In this document: one piece after another, positions 52,031-61,040 of the stretch | How positions within the stretch are numbered: the first letter of the stretch is position 1 | How the letters are laid out: each line of letters begins with the position of its first letter | NCBI GenBank assembly: GCA_963713865.1 | Contig: OY970208.1 | Location: forward strand, 288,001-352,000 | Length of the DNA: 64,000 nt | Direction of reading: 5' to 3' | From: an uncultured candidate division Zixibacteria bacterium | GTDB taxonomy: Bacteria; Zixibacteria; MSB-5A5; RBG-16-43-9 | Notes under the pieces: model-generated | Databases searched by the model: none | Seen by the model: only the letters and a program-made list of their open reading frames with translations | What the model was told of the DNA's origin: nothing | Program-made: the position numbers and the translations under genes

Positions 52031-52209
52031 ATCTCTACCCCTTTTTTCAATTTCAGTACTGTATCCGAATGCAGGTCGCAAACCAAAGCTTTAGAATGAA
52101 GTTTTTTTGCCTTGGTAGAAATATCAACCACCCCGAAAGCTATTTGAAACAAAAAAAATAGAGCAAATATTGAGATTGTCGTTTTCATAGATAAATTAAA
52201 AGATTGAAA

Positions 52210-52545
52210 TTATTCTTTTTTCTCCCCCTCAGAGGATTCGGAAGGTTTCTTTTCCTCTTTAGTTATCCCTTCTTCTTTTTTCAGCTCCTCTAAATAATTC
52301 ATCCTCAGGTCAAATAAAACATTATCTAAATATTTTTTCTCCTCCTCGGTAAGATTGCCCTTGGTTTTTTCTTGAAGTAATTCTAAAATATCTATTGAGT
52401 ATTTAGCCTGTTCCAGGTTTCTCTCTACCTGTTTGGTTATTGGGTTAATCAGCTTTCCCATCTGCTGCAGAGCTGCGGTCTGAAACATAAAAACCAAATG
52501 GAAAAAAAGTTCTACTCTGGTCTGAGTTTTGTTTTCCTCGTTCAT
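52210..52545 (-). CDS. DUF1844 family protein
   Basis: ALQQMGKLINP, NLEQAKYSIDILELLQEKTKGNL.EEE..L...L..LRMNY. Confidence 0.85.
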   Translation of the reverse strand: MNEENKTQTRVELFFHLVFMFQTAALQQMGKLINPITKQVERNLEQAKYSIDILELLQEKTKGNLTEEEKKYLDNVLFDLRMNYLEELKKEEGITKEEKKPSESSEGEKKE

Positions 52546-52575
52546 ACTTATCTGCTTTATACTTGTTGTGACTAT

Positions 52576-52770
52576 TTATTTCTTTTGCATCTCCTGAGCA
52601 AATTTATGGGCTACATCCAGACTGTGTTGTAAATCCATCATTTCCGCATCCACTTTCTTTAAAAGCCGGTTAAGATCGTAGTCATTTGACTCAGAGAGCA
52701 ATTTTTTAATCCCCTTCTCTAACCTGGTCGCATCTTCTAAAAGCTCTTCAATTTTATCTGCTATGTTCAT
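52576..52770 (-). CDS. Small helical hypothetical protein
   Basis: 64 aa, coiled-coil-like, GAGG SD, co-oriented with neighbours. Confidence 0.6.
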   Translation of the reverse strand: MNIADKIEELLEDATRLEKGIKKLLSESNDYDLNRLLKKVDAEMMDLQHSLDVAHKFAQEMQKK

Positions 52771-52812
52771 TTTAACCTCTATTTTAAAAATTTAAAATCA
52801 ATTATATGCCCG

Positions 52813-53370
52813 TTACTCAATGCTCCTGGTTTTAACCAGCCTTTCAGAAACCCTCCTGATGTCTAAACGATATTGATTCATAACTACCTGGGCTACCTCC
52901 ACCGGATCCAAGCCATAATCCTCTAATCCCTTCGTCTTAACCGGGGTGTTATGGCTGGAGATATTGATAGCCAGATGGATCTTGGTGGAAACCTTTGTCC
53001 GGGTAACTGTGGAGATAGTAAGCTTGGCATCCCCATCAAAGATGTCATCTCCCCATCTCTGCAAAATATCCCCTTTCAGCCGGTGATTGAGTTTATCCTT
53101 GAGGACCGATACTATAAGCTTCTGTTTCAAAATCGCCTTCTCCAGGTCTAAATCGAAATGTTCGACAACAAAATGCAGCATCTTCTCACTTCTTATCAGG
53201 GTTTTCTTCTTATAGTGATCAATACCTACTAAATATTTCTCCTCCAGTTCACAGGGACCGATGAAGCTTAGGATACTATCACCTAAAAGGTCAAAATTAG
53301 TATAAGCCCAATGGGAACAAAGCTGTTCCCCGGTGAATTTTACCTCTTCAGATACAAACAACGATTTCAT
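52813..53370 (-). CDS. DUF366 family protein (biotin/lipoate ligase-like fold)
   Basis: FTGEQL.SHWAY.NF.LLGDSI.SFIGPC, MLHFVVEHF, RWGDDIF, KLTIS, KIHLAINI. Confidence 0.75.
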   Translation of the reverse strand: MKSLFVSEEVKFTGEQLCSHWAYTNFDLLGDSILSFIGPCELEEKYLVGIDHYKKKTLIRSEKMLHFVVEHFDLDLEKAILKQKLIVSVLKDKLNHRLKGDILQRWGDDIFDGDAKLTISTVTRTKVSTKIHLAINISSHNTPVKTKGLEDYGLDPVEVAQVVMNQYRLDIRRVSERLVKTRSIE

Positions 53371-53419
53371 AATTCCTCTCTTTTCCTACGGATCCATTTT
53401 TTGGAAAAATATATGAAAT

Positions 53420-55586
53420 TTATCCGATATCCGCCAGCTTGAATTTATCTTTATATCTTTTAATAAATTTACTCCTCAAACATAGATTATCCTTTGAGCT
53501 TAAGTTTGGATCCTCCTGCACTATCCTGAAAGCCCAATCCCGAGCCTTGTATAGCAGCCCTAAATCCTCAGTTAAATCTGCAATTTTCAGATCTGGCAAT
53601 CCGTGCTGTCTGGTCCCGAAGAACTCCCCTGGACCTCTCAATTTTAAGATCCGCTTCTGAGATTCTAAATCCATCTGTAGTTGAGGATAAAATCTGTAGT
53701 CTTTTTTTCGCCTCCCCGGAAATCAATTGGAGAGAAATTTCAAGATACAATAGGATTGCTCCTCTCCCCTGCCGATTCTCCCTCTGAGCTGATGAAGCTG
53801 GGAAAGCCCAAACCTCTCCGCATGCTCAATTAACATCAGCGTAGAATTAGGCACATCCAAACCCACCTCGATCACGGTAGTGCAAACTAAAATATCAAAT
53901 TTCTTTAAGCGAAAATCTTTCATTATCTTTTCGCGCTCTTCTCTTTTTATCCTGCCGTGAAGCAAAGCTATTTGTCTGTGAGAAAAAACTTTCTCTTTAA
54001 GAAATTGATACCCCTCAGTTGCCGCTTTTAAATCAGCTTTTTCTGATTCCTCTATCAAAGGGTAAACGATATAAGCCTGTCTTCCTTTTTTAAGCTCCTC
54101 CTCTAAAAAAAGATAACCCTTTTCCGAGGAATGCTCCTCTAAAAGTCTGGTCTCAATCTTTTTCCTTCCTGGAGGCATCTGGTCAATTACCGAAACATCC
54201 AGATCACCATATACTGTCAGGGCTAAGGTTCGAGGAATAGGGGTGGCAGTCATAACCAAGAGGTGTGGTGATTTACCTTTAAGCTTTAAACTTAACCTCT
54301 GCAAAACTCCAAAACGATGCTGCTCATCTATAACCGCCAGACCTAACTTATTGAAATTTACCTCTTTTTGAATAAGGGAATGGGTACCTATTATGATCTT
54401 TGCTTCACCGGAAGAGATTTTCTCTAAGATTTTTTTCCTTTCTCCGGTTTTTACCGAACTGGTTAAAAGGAGTGGTTTTATCTTTAAAGGTTCTAAAAAG
54501 AAACTCAGGCTCAGATAATGCTGTTCAGCTAAAACCTCAGTTGGTGCCATTATTGCTGTTTGATAACCATTTTCCACTGCCATCAACATAGATAAGAAGT
54601 GCTACGACGGTCTTTCCTGAGCCAACATCCCCCTGCAAAAGCCGGTGCATGGCTTTTCCTGAGGAAACATCCTGATAAACCTCATTTAAAACCTTTCTCT
54701 GGGCAGGAGTCAACTCAAAGGGCAAACTTTGCATGAAAGTTTTGACTAATTCTCCGGGTCTGTGAAATATTATCCCCTCTTCTTTTATTTCCGATCTTTT
54801 TTTCCTCAGAGCTAAAAGAAGCTCCAAATAGAAAAGTTCTTCAAAAGCTAACCTTTTCCTTGCACTTTGGGCATTTTCTAAAGAAGCTGGAAAATGGATA
54901 TTTTTCAAGGACCAGTCTAAAGAGGGAAGCTCAAGCTCTTCTCTCACCTCAGCTGGAAGTGACTCTGGAACCTGGGTCTGAAGATTTTCCAGAATAAAGC
55001 TTATGGTTCGGCGGAAGCCTCGACTATCCAGATAGAGATGTTTTAACTCTGAAGTCGAAGGATATAAAGGGATAATTCCTCCGGTATGGATCAGCTTCTC
55101 CCCTTTTTCCGAATTTGGATCCACAGGACCGGAGATTATCTCAAATTCCGGATGGGGCATCTGCAGTCCGTAGAAATCTCGTATTTCCCCTGAGGCAATA
55201 ACTGTATCACCCTCCTTGAACCTGTTCTGGACATACCTGATTCCGGAAAACCAGACTAATTTTAAAAAATTTTTATGTTCTCTTATGATCAGCCAGTATT
55301 GGGGTTTTCTCCATCTTTTTATACCATAGGACTCAACTGTTCCCATAACTGTCGCCTTAGAGTTGACCTGAAGCTGACTTATGGGGGTGAAGGTGCTCCG
55401 GTCCAGGTATCTGCGCGGGATATGATAAAGAAGGTCTTCCACTGTTTTTATGCCCATGGAGTCTAACGCTTTCGCTTTAGTCGGACCTATCCCTTTTAGA
55501 TACTGTATCGGGCTTTGAAGGTCGATCCGCTTAAGTCCACCCGGGGCAGATTTAGAATTAACTGACAAGGCAGTAGTCAAAGCCAA
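53420..55586 (-). CDS. recG: ATP-dependent DNA helicase RecG (split by three apparent indels near 54595, 53730 and 53643)
   Basis: PRRYLDR, RLAFEELF, RLLQGDVGSGKT, MAPTEVLAEQH, IDEQHRFG, MTATPIPRTL, QLRGRIGRG, LRGPGEFFGTRQHG spread over consecutive ORFs. Confidence 0.95.
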
Positions 55587-55803
55587 CTCCCATAAAAAGA
55601 TTTACCTTTTGAAAATTATATTAATCTTTTAACTCAACTCTGTCAAGTGGTTTTAGAGGGGTATCTGAAAAAGTCGAGCAGTTGCTCAATTTATTGGACT
55701 TTTTTTACTCAATGAATCGAGTTACTATAGATTACAGAACTCTTAGAACCCTTTTTTGGATTTGATCCAATGGAAAAAATTTTAAAAAATCCTAATTTTT
55801 TAC

Positions 55804-55833
55804 TTGACAAATTAAAATTGGTTATATTATAAT
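55804..55833 (+). promoter_or_regulatory. Consensus sigma-70 promoter
   Basis: TTGACA-N18-TATAAT, about 245 nt upstream of the 56078 ORF. Confidence 0.65.
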
Positions 55834-56077
55834 TATTTTAGAAACTTACGTAAATTAAAAGGAAGACCCGGGGATGGAATGGGCGGTGGGGTTAAAATAT
55901 TTTAAATAAAAAAAGGAGAGTAAGAGAGTAATTCAGGAAGTTGGCTCTTAACTTTTATCATAACCCCTACATAAGGAGGTGACAGTAGTTTTGAGGGGGA
56001 ACAAAACTGGAGGTAAAAGAAGGAGAAACAAGCCTGACAACACCCTTTAAACCTTTTAAAGAAAGGAGTATAAGTTT

Positions 56078-56854
56078 ATGCTCAAGAAAATATCTTTGGT
56101 TGTCGTTCTGATATTTCTTTTGGGGAGTGTCGCCTGGTCAGCCAGTAAGTTAGTTGCCACCAGCGACTTAAGCCAAGCATCCCTGAATCTCTCTGCGGAT
56201 GAGCCCTTGGGTGCAGTAGCAGTTGCTTTGCAATTTGCTGAGCCAGGTTCTGATGTTATCTGCACAAGGGCAGATTTTTCCAACGGGATAGCTGACTATA
56301 TAACCGACGACGGGCAAAACGGAGTTAAATTCACAGCCATCGACAATGAAAAGAAGACTATCTTAGCTGTGGTGATACCATTCCAGGCAGAGGCAATTCC
56401 CAAAGGCGAAGGAGTTTTTCTGAATCTGGAATTCAAAGGTGAAGGAAAGGTTAAGCTGGAAGAGACCACTATATACCAGCAGAAAGGGATTTCCCTGGTG
56501 AATACCAAAGCAGAATATGTGCAATTCGACTTCAATCCGGTTGAGCTTGGCAGTCCGATGAAGCCGGTCCTTCCTAAAGAGTTTAACTTATCCCAGAACT
56601 ATCCTAATCCGTTTAATCCTACAACCAACATCAGCTATGCTCTGCCTGCAAATTCCTATGTCAAGCTGTCGATTTATAACATCTTAGGCCAGAGAGTAAA
56701 GACTTTAGTGGATGGCGAGGAGCAGGCTGGGTTCAAAAATGTAATCTGGGATGGTAAAAACGACCGGGGCGAAGAAGTTAGCTCCGGCATCTATTTCTAT
56801 CGGATACAGGCCGGTTCTTTCACCAAAACCGCTAAGATGAGCTTGTTGAAATAG
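56078..56854 (+). CDS. Secreted protein: cohesin-like domain plus FlgD-Ig/T9SS type A sorting domain
   Basis: Signal peptide; beta-rich LGAVAVALQF...IPKGEGVFLNLEF; C-terminal LPKEFNLSQNYPNPFNPTT...IYNILGQRVKTL...WDGKN...SSGIYFYRI...KMSLLK. Confidence 0.8.
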   Translation: MLKKISLVVVLIFLLGSVAWSASKLVATSDLSQASLNLSADEPLGAVAVALQFAEPGSDVICTRADFSNGIADYITDDGQNGVKFTAIDNEKKTILAVVIPFQAEAIPKGEGVFLNLEFKGEGKVKLEETTIYQQKGISLVNTKAEYVQFDFNPVELGSPMKPVLPKEFNLSQNYPNPFNPTTNISYALPANSYVKLSIYNILGQRVKTLVDGEEQAGFKNVIWDGKNDRGEEVSSGIYFYRIQAGSFTKTAKMSLLK

Positions 56855-56888
56855 TTTTTCTTCTTACTCATTTCCTTCCTGTAGTAAA

Positions 56889-56920
56889 GCCTCCCGCAGA
56901 AATGCGGGAGACTTTTTTTT
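56889..56920 (+). terminator. Rho-independent terminator
   Basis: CTCCCGCA-GAAA-TGCGGGAG followed by T8. Confidence 0.85.
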
Positions 56921-56944
56921 AGACGATTTGGGTTGGACTGTAAT

Positions 56945-57148
56945 ACCTACCTTGCCCTCAAGGAGGGATATTTATTCTGAAAGTATAATAAGAAACCCAC
57001 GTTGAGAGCAACAGGGGTTTACCAATTTAATTAGAGTTTATATTCAGTAAACCCGCCTTGCCCACAAGGCGGGATAAATGTTAGCAAGCCCTCTGCAGAT
57101 AATACAAACTCGGTAACCTTACCTTGCCCGCAGGTGGGATAAATGTTT
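56945..57148. repeat. Three or four copies of a hairpin repeat CCCGCCTTG-CCCA-CAAGGCGGGATAAATGTT
   Basis: Copies near 56946, 57051 and 57116, plus a decayed one near 56994. Confidence 0.6.
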
Positions 57149-57242
57149 TTAACTTATATTCTTAAATATTAACCCTTGTTTTTTCGTAATAGATATTTAT
57201 ATTGAAAAAAGTTGAATGAATATCGAATTGATTGGAGGAAAG

Positions 57243-57434
57243 ATGTCAAAAACTTGTGAAATTTGCGGAAAAGGTCCACAATATGGACACACTATCAGCC
57301 ATGCCCATAAACTGAGCAAAAGGCGATGGATACCTAACCTGCAAAAAGTCCATGCCTTAGTTGACGGGAAAAGAGTAACCATTAGGGTTTGTACCAGTTG
57401 TATTAAAGCCGGTAAAGTGCAGAAGGCAAAATAA
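57243..57434 (+). CDS. rpmB: 50S ribosomal protein L28 (zinc-ribbon type)
   Basis: GGAGG SD then MSKTCEICGKGPQYGHTISHAH..KRRWIPNLQ...VCTSCIKAGK. Confidence 0.96.
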   Translation: MSKTCEICGKGPQYGHTISHAHKLSKRRWIPNLQKVHALVDGKRVTIRVCTSCIKAGKVQKAK

Positions 57435-57506
57435 ATACAGTGGTCAGTGTTCAGTCCGCTTGAGGTGGAGTGGCGAGTTTTACTGACCACTAATTAAGGA
57501 GGGGTT

Positions 57507-58220
57507 TTGACCCAGATTAGGATTTCAGCCAAGGAATTAGGTGCATTTGCTTTCAAAGATTCTTGCCCCCGTTGTTTATGGATAAAACTTCATTCTGCCA
57601 ATAAATTACCCTACCAGATTTTCCCTGGAATTTTCAGCTCTATAGATTCCTATACTAAGAAGTTCATCAGCTCTTATTTTGAAAAATATGGATATTTCCC
57701 GGATTGGCTTCCCTCTCAGGAAGAGCTCACCGGTTTGACCAAAAAGCTTCACCATTCCACCTTTAATATCATAGACCAGATAACAGATATACTTTTGACC
57801 GGTGTCCCGGATGAAATCTTCACTCTAAAAGACGGTTCTTATTTTATCTTAGACTATAAGACTGCAAGATATACCGAAACCCAGGATATTCTTTTGCCCC
57901 TGTACGAAGTCCAGCTTAATGCTTATGCCTATATTGCTGAAAAAAAAGGTCTTTCACCCGTGAAAAATATTGCCCTGGCTTATATGGAGCCGCAAACCGG
58001 GCTGACCCGGGAAAATGTTGAAGAAGTGAAAACTGAGCAGGGATTTCTTTTGCCCTTCTCCGGAAAAATCGTTCAGCTTAACTTGAAACTCGACATCATC
58101 CCTGACCTTTTAAAAAAGGTCAGAAACTTATATGACCAGCCATCTGCTCCTCAGGGTAAAGCCGAGTGTAAAGACTGCCTTCTGCTGGACAACCTGATTA
58201 AAATTCTCAGCATAAATTGA
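57507..58220 (+). CDS. PD-(D/E)XK nuclease superfamily protein (Cas4/AddB-like)
   Basis: CPRC at the N-terminus, GVPDE...ILDYKT, QLNAYA, C-terminal CKDC. Confidence 0.8.
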   Translation: MTQIRISAKELGAFAFKDSCPRCLWIKLHSANKLPYQIFPGIFSSIDSYTKKFISSYFEKYGYFPDWLPSQEELTGLTKKLHHSTFNIIDQITDILLTGVPDEIFTLKDGSYFILDYKTARYTETQDILLPLYEVQLNAYAYIAEKKGLSPVKNIALAYMEPQTGLTRENVEEVKTEQGFLLPFSGKIVQLNLKLDIIPDLLKKVRNLYDQPSAPQGKAECKDCLLLDNLIKILSIN

Positions 58221-59053
58221 CCATGCCTCAAATCTCTGAGACCAAATATATCTGGATAATCTCCGACGGCTCCGGCTCAACTGCCGAAAGGGTTTTACAG
58301 GCAACTCTGGTCCAGTTTGGACAGAAAAATATCGTGGTTGAGCGTTTTCCCAGGGTATTAAAAAAAACACAGATACGGGAAATCGTTCAGAGGGCATCCA
58401 GGAGTAAAGGGCTGATCGCATATACTCTGGTTTCCCCGGAATTGAGAAATGAGATCGTGATTCAGGCAAACCAGTATAATCTCCCCACAGTTGATCTTTT
58501 AGGACCGCTTCTTACCAGTTTGAGCAATTTTCTTGCCTCACCCCCTGAAGCAAAACCTGGTTTGCTCTCAGAGCTGGACCATAAATATTTTAAAAAGATA
58601 GATGCAGTCGGATTTGCAGTAAAACACGACGACGGTCATAGGGTTCGCGACCTGAATGAGGCAGACTTGGTGATAACCGGAGTCTCCCGAACCTCCAAAA
58701 CCCCTTTAAGCATCTATTTAGCTTATAACAAGGGGCTACTTGTAGCTAATATCCCTTTGATTTTAGGAATAACCCCTCCTGAAGAGCTTTTCAAAATCGA
58801 CCAGTCAAAAATCGTGGGTTTAACCATAAACCCTGAGCTTTTGATAAAACTCCGCGAATCAAGATTGGCTCAATTAGTCCATCCGGATATAGATTATGCT
58901 GACCCCAAGCACATTGTAGCAGAACTAAATTATAGCCACAGGATCTTCCAGCAAAATCCCAACTGGCCCATAATCGACATCACCGGCAAAGCCATAGAAG
59001 AAATAGCCAATGAGATTTGTTCCTTGACGATTGATAAAACAAGTGGTCAGTAG
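58217..59053 (+). CDS. PEP synthase/PPDK regulatory kinase-pyrophosphorylase (DUF299)
   Basis: ISDGSGSTA, FAVKHDDG, ADLVITGVSRTSKTPLSIYLA, ANIPL, IDITGKAIEE. Confidence 0.93.
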   Translation: MTMPQISETKYIWIISDGSGSTAERVLQATLVQFGQKNIVVERFPRVLKKTQIREIVQRASRSKGLIAYTLVSPELRNEIVIQANQYNLPTVDLLGPLLTSLSNFLASPPEAKPGLLSELDHKYFKKIDAVGFAVKHDDGHRVRDLNEADLVITGVSRTSKTPLSIYLAYNKGLLVANIPLILGITPPEELFKIDQSKIVGLTINPELLIKLRESRLAQLVHPDIDYADPKHIVAELNYSHRIFQQNPNWPIIDITGKAIEEIANEICSLTIDKTSGQ

Positions 59054-59081
59054 ACAGTAGGCAGTAGACAAGGGAAAAACT

Positions 59082-59205
59082 GGAGTGTAAACCTTTCCGA
59101 GAAGCGGAGACTATGTCTCGGCGTCCTACGGACGGGCTGGCTCGTAGCCTCCATAGGACAGGTTTACCATAAAAAACGCAGAGGGGCGGAGCTTGTCTCC
59201 GCCCG
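59082..59205. repeat. REP-like hairpins, the first with a nested insertion
   Basis: GGAGTGTAAACCT[about 65 nt]AGGTTTACC, then GGGGCGGAG-CTTGT-CTCCGCCC. Confidence 0.6.
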
Positions 59206-59389
59206 AATGCCTTAGAAGGTTATTTACTGATGGATTTGCTATTATCCGTCAATAACGAAATCCCTTATTGACGGATTTAATAGTTTGCGTCAATAATATG
59301 ATTAATTATTGCAGGATATATTATTAGGGGTAAAATTTATTGTACACAGAAGATTAGAATGAGTGATTGGAATTGAAACTCTTTTCCTG

Positions 59390-59461
59390 AAAATAAAAAG
59401 TCCCCCTCACGGGAAACCTTTTAACGACCGGGAGACACCCCGATCCCATTTCAAAACTTTC
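59390..59461 (-). ncRNA. Candidate small RNA with its own promoter and terminator
   Basis: TTGACT (59491-96)-N17-TAAATA with overlapping TATAAT; hairpin GATCGGG-GTGTCT-CCCGGTC; terminator GGTTTCCC-GTGA-GGGGGACT plus U-tract; no minus-strand gene downstream. Confidence 0.4.
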
Positions 59462-59585
59462 TAATTATATTTACGGCAGAAAAAAGAAAAAGTCAAGTAG
59501 TTTTAAAAGAATTTTTTAAGTTATTGACCCAAAAGGGCTTGAGCGGAGATTACTCCAAGCCTACGCAATTGTAGGGTAGTGCAAT

Positions 59586-59948
59586 ATGAAAAACTTAGAA
59601 GCTATACGCACAAGATATCTACAGCAGGATAAAGCCAGACGCATAGGCGGCTTGGTGGCCAATCTGGCTCGTGTAGCATCTTTCTCTGATAAATCAGGCA
59701 ACTTCAAAGCAGTGGAAACTTTAATAGAAGAGAGTAAATTTTTAATCGAATGGATAGCCCCTGATTTACCATTGGATGTGCAAACGAAACTAATTGAACT
59801 TCAAATCCAGCTCTCCCTCTGGCATCTCAAATTCACTGAAATATGTCAGAATCCTGAGTCGCTAAAGAACTTAATCACCCAAGCTTCCGCCTGGTCAAAA
59901 GAGCTTTTGAAATTATCGGGATTAATTGAAAAGAAGGAACTTCAATGA
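59586..59948 (+). CDS. Hypothetical helical protein
   Basis: 120 aa, RYLQQDKARRIGGLVANLARV...LIEESKFLIEW; ATGA overlap with the TIR gene. Confidence 0.75.
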   Translation: MKNLEAIRTRYLQQDKARRIGGLVANLARVASFSDKSGNFKAVETLIEESKFLIEWIAPDLPLDVQTKLIELQIQLSLWHLKFTEICQNPESLKNLITQASAWSKELLKLSGLIEKKELQ

Positions 59949-60925
59949 AACAAACAGTAAATCCGAAGGTATTTATAAGCCATGCAAGCGAAGATAAAGA
60001 ACGCTTTGTTATAGACTTTGCAACAAAACTTCGAGAAAAAGGTGTAGACGCTTGGCTTGATAAATGGGAGATGAAACCAGGAGATAGTTTGGTTGACAAA
60101 ATTTTTGAGGAAGGTATAAAAGGAAGTGAGGCTTTCATAATCATCTTATCCAAAAACAGCATTAACAAAAAGTGGGTTAGGGAAGAATTGAATTCAGCTG
60201 TAGTTCAAAAAATAGAAAAAAGCACAAAATTAATCCCTGTTATTATTGATGAAAGTATTGAGGTTCCGGTAAGTTTAAAACATACTGTTTGGATAACAAT
60301 AAAAGATTTACAACATTATGTAGAGGATTTTGAACAACTACTTCTATCGATTTACGATATTGTCCAGAAACCTCCATTGGGAGAAAAACCTAAGTATGCA
60401 ACTGATATAGAGATTATACCAGGTTTCAACAAAACCGACTCATTAGTATTTAAGATTGTTGGAGATATTATCTATGAAAAAGATTATATCGGAAGATTTC
60501 TAAGTTGTGGAGAAGCAATAGAAAGAGCATCTAAGTTTGAAATCCCAAAAGAAGAAGTTATTGACTCCATAGAAATTTTAGGGTCAAAAGGTTTATGGGA
60601 AATAATGTGGGTATCGGGTGGAATAGAGGTATCTACAATTGCAATGACTCCTTATAGTTTTGTAAAGTACTGTGAAAATTTCGTAGAAGATTTTAATAGA
60701 ATATTTAAAAATATCATATCAGCAATTCTTAATGAAGGTTTGTATATAGATGAAGAAATTACATCGAAGGTAGGATGCAAATCAGTTATAGTAGATACTC
60801 TTTTGGATTATTTTCATGATGTAGGTTATATTGAACTCAACAAATCGCTTGGAGGACCTAGCCAAGTTGTTGAGATTACTTCTTTAGGAAAAAGACAATT
60901 CAGGAATATATTAGAAGACGAATGA
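59945..60925 (+). CDS. TIR-domain protein
   Basis: KVFISHASEDK, GVDAWLDKWE..PGDSL..KI, ILSKNSINKKWVREELNSA, LIPV; winged-helix-like end EITSLGK. Confidence 0.9.
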   Translation: MKQTVNPKVFISHASEDKERFVIDFATKLREKGVDAWLDKWEMKPGDSLVDKIFEEGIKGSEAFIIILSKNSINKKWVREELNSAVVQKIEKSTKLIPVIIDESIEVPVSLKHTVWITIKDLQHYVEDFEQLLLSIYDIVQKPPLGEKPKYATDIEIIPGFNKTDSLVFKIVGDIIYEKDYIGRFLSCGEAIERASKFEIPKEEVIDSIEILGSKGLWEIMWVSGGIEVSTIAMTPYSFVKYCENFVEDFNRIFKNIISAILNEGLYIDEEITSKVGCKSVIVDTLLDYFHDVGYIELNKSLGGPSQVVEITSLGKRQFRNILEDE

Positions 60926-61040
60926 ATTAAACATATGTCTATTCGACTACAAATACCCTCTGTAATTAGAAAATACTCAAAATGTTATTTTTTTAACAAA
61001 CCATCTTCCCTCTATGATACTCTCTAAGCAAATTCTCTTT

